Positions 63,060 through 64,000 of a stretch of DNA of 64,000 nucleotides are shown piece after piece (position 1 is the stretch's first letter; the number at the start of each line of letters is the position of its first letter). Below the pieces are notes generated by a model, which searched no databases, was not told the DNA's origin, and was given only the letters and a program-made list of their open reading frames with translations. The DNA lies in the NCBI GenBank assembly GCA_964016885.1, contig OZ024762.1, positions 26,412,001-26,476,000 of the forward strand. The letters are read 5' to 3'. The position numbers were made by a program, and so were the translations under genes. Source of the DNA: Eledone cirrhosa. Lineage: Eukaryota.

Positions 63060-63978
63060 TGGACACCTTGAAGGGAAAGAAAGAGGCTACGACTTGATCC
63101 CTGAGTCGGAACAAACTAAGACATTCTGGAGAGGAATATGGGAGCAGGATGTTAAACATAATGACCAGGCAGTGTGGATTGAGACAGTACAAAAGGAGAT
63201 TAGTGAACTGGCACACCAACAACCTGATTTGAGTATCACAGTTGAAATTCTTAAGGGGCAGGCCAAAAAACTAACCAACTGGAAATCACCAGGCCCAGAT
63301 GGTGTGCAGGGGTATTGGATTAAAAATATAACATCCCTCCACCCGAAACTGACAATCATGTTCAATGACTGCTTGATGTCAGGTGAGGTACCAGAGTCGT
63401 TGACAAAAGGTACCACAGTTCTGCTAATGAAAGACCGAATCAAGAGTAATGATATTACCAAATATAGACCTATCACATGTCTGTCCGTAATGTGGAAACT
63501 GTTGACAAGCATTGTGTCTGGTGGATTGGCAGTATCGGTAGAGGGTCGGACGCCATGCTTTCCAGCATAGTTATGTCCCTTTACGATCTGTGTTCAAATC
63601 CCGCCGAGGTTGACTTTGCCTTTCATCCTTACGGGGTTGATAAAATAAAGTACCAGTAATGCACTGGGTAATTGCTGGCCTTGTGCCTAAAGTAGAAACA
63701 ATTATGTCTGAGGAAATCTACTATCACCTGCACACAAACAACTTGTTACCGGACGAACAGAAAGGATGCCGAAAGAGGTCCCGTGGTACAAAGGACCAGT
63801 TACTTATTGATAAGATGGTAATGAGGAATTGCAAGAGGAGACACACTGGTCTTGCCATGGGATGGATAGACTACATAAAGGCATTTGACAGGGTGCCTCA
63901 TTCTTGGATCACAAAAAGCCTAGAGATCTTCAGGGTGGTAGATAACATCAGACAGTTGTTGAGCAAGAGTATGAAGAT
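63060..63978 (+). mobile_element. R4/Dong-like non-LTR retrotransposon RT fragment following an (AAT)n tract
   Basis: 'NWKSPGPDGVQGYWIK', 'YRPITCL', and after removing the SINE, in frame: '[19 protein letters not shown]', '[16 protein letters not shown]'. Confidence 0.8.
63521..63700 (+). mobile_element. Near full-length tRNA-derived SINE with 10-bp TSD
   Basis: Flanked by attgtgtctg (63511-63520) and attatgtctg (63701-63710). Confidence 0.9.
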
Positions 63979-64000
63979 GATGATGGGAGAGGATAATGAT

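Overview
Repeat-saturated, AT-rich animal genomic DNA. The SINE tails, mariner ends and dense (TA)n tracts resemble octopod/cephalopod DNA, but that assignment is an inference. No intact host protein-coding gene could be supported. Coding remnants are all transposon-derived: an L1/Tx1-like RT fragment, a frameshifted Chapaev3-like DNA transposon with intact termini, two RTE 3'-end remnants amplified into minisatellites, a near-complete Penelope-like element (PLE; RT + GIY-YIG), a second PLE 3' fragment and an R4/Dong-like RT split by a SINE. A ~23 kb 27-bp (GGT-rich) minisatellite with ~4.8-5.1 kb higher-order repeats fills the centre. The most striking unexplained signal is a set of type I hammerhead-ribozyme (HHR) motifs in about 8 different non-coding repeat families, mostly embedded in or next to (TA)n and arranged as tandem or inverted copies. 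The clearest is a 5 x 469-bp tandem array (49527-51863) with a perfect HHR in every unit, i.e. a candidate retrozyme/circular-RNA system plausibly mobilised by PLEs. All RNA structures were paired by eye; none were computed.
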